Source of the DNA: Clostridiales bacterium
GTDB lineage: Bacteria > Bacillota > Clostridia > Monoglobales > Firm-18
NCBI GenBank assembly: GCA_031255355.1
Contig: JAIRSR010000077.1
Span: 1-24,930 of the forward strand
DNA length: 24,930 nt
Direction: 5' to 3'
Part shown: positions 23,369-24,930 of the stretch, piece after piece
How the letters are laid out: every line of letters begins with the position of its first letter
Numbering within the stretch: the first letter of the stretch is position 1
Program-made: the position numbers and the translations under genes
Notes under the pieces: model-generated
Told to the model about the DNA's origin: nothing
Databases searched by the model: none
The model's input: only the letters and a program-made list of their open reading frames with translations

Positions 23369-24256
23369 TTATACAGTATCCTTATCTGTGTTGCGGTATG
23401 CGGACGGCGTACAGCCGCGCTCTTTTTTGAACGCCCGCGCGAAACTTTGCGGGGAGTCAAAGCCCAGAACCGCGGCGATTTCCCGCACCGTATGCTTTCC
23501 CTCGCGCAGCAGCGCAGCCGCTTCCTCCGCTTTTTTCGCGCGGATATAGCCTTGCAGTGTCACGCCAACCTTTGCTTTGAACATATGGGATAAATAATTT
23601 TCGGTAAATGAAAGGGCGTTCGCGATTTCCCGCACACTTTTGACGGCGCGGATATTCGCGTCCACGTACTGCAAAACGCCGTACGCCGTCGCGCCGCTGC
23701 GCGGGCAACCGTCCGGCATCGGCAACGGCGCGGCTGACCCGCCGCGAAACCCACGGGCAACAAGAATCAAGATCTGCCGCACGGACAGCGCGATCATTTG
23801 GTCGCGGTACGGATTTTCCGCGAAAAATTCCCGCACCAACCCGCCGAACAGGTACCGCAAATCCTCCCGCGCCTGAAAAACGCGCGGCGGCGGCGCGGCG
23901 TAAAACGCGGGCAAATCGTCCTCCCCGCCGTCAGACGCGCCGCGAAACTCAAAACCTACACAAATGTACCGCATATTCCGCGCCCGCCCCGCCGTGATTC
24001 TGTGGGTCTGCCCCCGCGCCGTCACGTGAACGTCGCCCTGCCGCACCGCGATTGCCGCGCCGTCGGTGTAAAACGTCCCCTCGCCCGAAACGATATAACT
24101 GATTTCATGGCACACCTGCCGGTGCGCCGGCACCTCCGCGCCCGCCGCGAGCATCAGTTCGCATATTTGAAATAAATCAATACGGTCATAAGTCTGACGC
24201 GTATCAAAAAACTCCCGGTTGTACTCGAACAGTCTGCCGTACTTGTCCAACGTCAT
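23369..24256 (-). CDS. AraC-family transcriptional regulator with N-terminal cupin sensor domain
   Basis: Start reassigned to the ATG at 24256 (GGGGGAG RBS), giving 295 aa. Cupin motif PAHRQVCHEISYIVSGEG; two HTH motifs (VREIANALSFTENYLSHMFK; IAAVLGFDSPQSFARAFKK). Confidence 0.95.
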   Translation of the reverse strand: MTLDKYGRLFEYNREFFDTRQTYDRIDLFQICELMLAAGAEVPAHRQVCHEISYIVSGEGTFYTDGAAIAVRQGDVHVTARGQTHRITAGRARNMRYICVGFEFRGASDGGEDDLPAFYAAPPPRVFQAREDLRYLFGGLVREFFAENPYRDQMIALSVRQILILVARGFRGGSAAPLPMPDGCPRSGATAYGVLQYVDANIRAVKSVREIANALSFTENYLSHMFKAKVGVTLQGYIRAKKAEEAAALLREGKHTVREIAAVLGFDSPQSFARAFKKERGCTPSAYRNTDKDTV

Positions 24257-24301
24257 ACATACTCCCCCATGTTTATAATTCAGACGGGCTCTGATAAAAA
24301 A

Positions 24302-24331
24302 ATTATACCGCATTGAAATCGATTTTGTCAA
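24302..24331 (-). promoter_or_regulatory. Consensus sigmaA promoter for the araC-like gene
   Basis: TTGACA (24331-24326), 18 bp, TATAAT (24307-24302). Confidence 0.8.
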
Positions 24332-24333
24332 TA

Positions 24334-24362
24334 CACACGCGGAAGATGTGCGGCATATGCTA
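24334..24362 (+). promoter_or_regulatory. Candidate sigmaK (late mother-cell sporulation) promoter
   Basis: CACA (24334-24337), 16 bp, CATATGCTA (24354-24362). This matches the mACm-N16-CATAnnnTA consensus and lies upstream of an exosporium-like gene. Confidence 0.6.
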
Positions 24363-24421
24363 CACTAACGGTACATTTGTAACACAAAAATACAAAAAAA
24401 TACAATAGGAGGCATATCTGA

Positions 24422-24930
24422 ATGAATACAATCTCTTTACAAGCGGAACGCGCCGTCGGCGGCATTGCGGAAGCGGGCGCGAACGTCGTTTGGGACGCGG
24501 TTTTAAGCGAATCGGGCGGTATCGGCTACGACGCGGATACAGGCGTCGTCACACTGCAAGAACCGGGCAGGTATGAATTTCATTGGTGGGTCGCGACGCA
24601 AGCCGCGAACGCCGCGAACGGAATCGTTTTCACGCTGACGTCCTCGCAAGGGGATACCGTGATAGGCAATTCCCCCGCAAAAACAGGAGAAGTCACCGGG
24701 ACGGCGGTGCTTGAAATCCCCTCCGCGCCTGTTTCCGTAACGCTGAAAAATGAGAGCGGCGGCGCGGTGTTCTACTCCGCCGTCGTCCCCGCAAAGGCCG
24801 CGCTAACCGTCGTCGGCGATACAGCGGCGGTTCCGTCCTACGGCGCGTTTCGCCACGATCCGTCGGAGGGCGGGGGATATATTGAGGAAAATACCAACAT
24901 CATTTTCAATCAAGTCATCGGCGAATACGC
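24422..24930 (+). CDS. Partial CDS (runs off the window): exosporium/collagen-like-protein family protein with BclA-C/C1q-like domain(s)
   Basis: AGGAGG RBS, ATG at 24422, open to the window end (absent from the ORF track). MNTISLQAER..NVVWD..YDADTGVVTLQEPGRYEFHWWVATQ..SSQGD..GNSPAKTGEV resembles, from memory, the N-terminal domain of clostridial collagen-like spore proteins. A second similar domain appears to begin at SYGAF..NIIFNQV. Confidence 0.7.
   Translation, partial: MNTISLQAERAVGGIAEAGANVVWDAVLSESGGIGYDADTGVVTLQEPGRYEFHWWVATQAANAANGIVFTLTSSQGDTVIGNSPAKTGEVTGTAVLEIPSAPVSVTLKNESGGAVFYSAVVPAKAALTVVGDTAAVPSYGAFRHDPSEGGGYIEENTNIIFNQVIGEY

Noticed and set aside
23357-23400. GCGGTATG direct repeat as the AraC binding site
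   Set aside because: The 36-bp spacing does not fit the usual ~21-bp AraC half-site period, one copy is in coding sequence, and there is no counterpart at the SBP promoter.
24384-24406. ACAAAAA-TACAAAAAAA-TACAA short repeat in the leader of the plus-strand gene
   Set aside because: It is low-complexity A-rich leader sequence with no supportable function.
24861-24900. Suspected frameshift at the G-run in the exosporium-like gene
   Set aside because: Recounting shows G5 (24872-24876), which keeps GGC GGG GGA TAT ATT GAG in frame.
1-24930. Mobile elements, tRNA/rRNA genes, riboswitches, dockerins/cohesins and LPXTG anchors
   Set aside because: No transposase or integrase, terminal repeats, RNA-gene structures or the corresponding protein motifs were recognisable by eye.

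Overview
The window is GC-rich DNA from a Gram-positive, probably spore-forming Clostridia-like bacterium. This placement is inferred from SLH proteins, a lipoprotein SBP, GGAGG RBSs, sigmaA promoters and a sigmaK-like promoter. Almost all of it is one minus-strand carbohydrate-utilization locus. In transcription order it contains: an AraC regulator; two coupled Gfo/Idh/MocA oxidoreductases; a hairpin; a CUT1 ABC transporter (SBP plus two permeases, no ATPase); six secreted modular proteins; a GH36 alpha-galactosidase; a BchC/YcjQ-type MDR dehydrogenase; and a TIM-barrel sugar epimerase/isomerase. The six secreted proteins are the most interesting part. Three carry SLH cell-wall anchors. The other three lack SLH but end in a shared ~90-aa domain that could be a docking module. 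An unrecognised ~240-aa beta-rich domain occurs three times in two of these proteins, and two are divergent GH51-like paralogues (one anchored, one not). Together these suggest a cell-surface glycan-harvesting complex that does not use cohesin-dockerin pairs. The cytoplasmic enzymes resemble E. coli YcjQ/R/S 3-keto-glycoside chemistry. Both ends of the window hold partial genes: a membrane or secreted protein behind a perfect sigmaA promoter, and a plus-strand exosporium/BclA-like protein behind a sigmaK-like promoter. All family assignments come from motif recognition by eye; no database searches were run.
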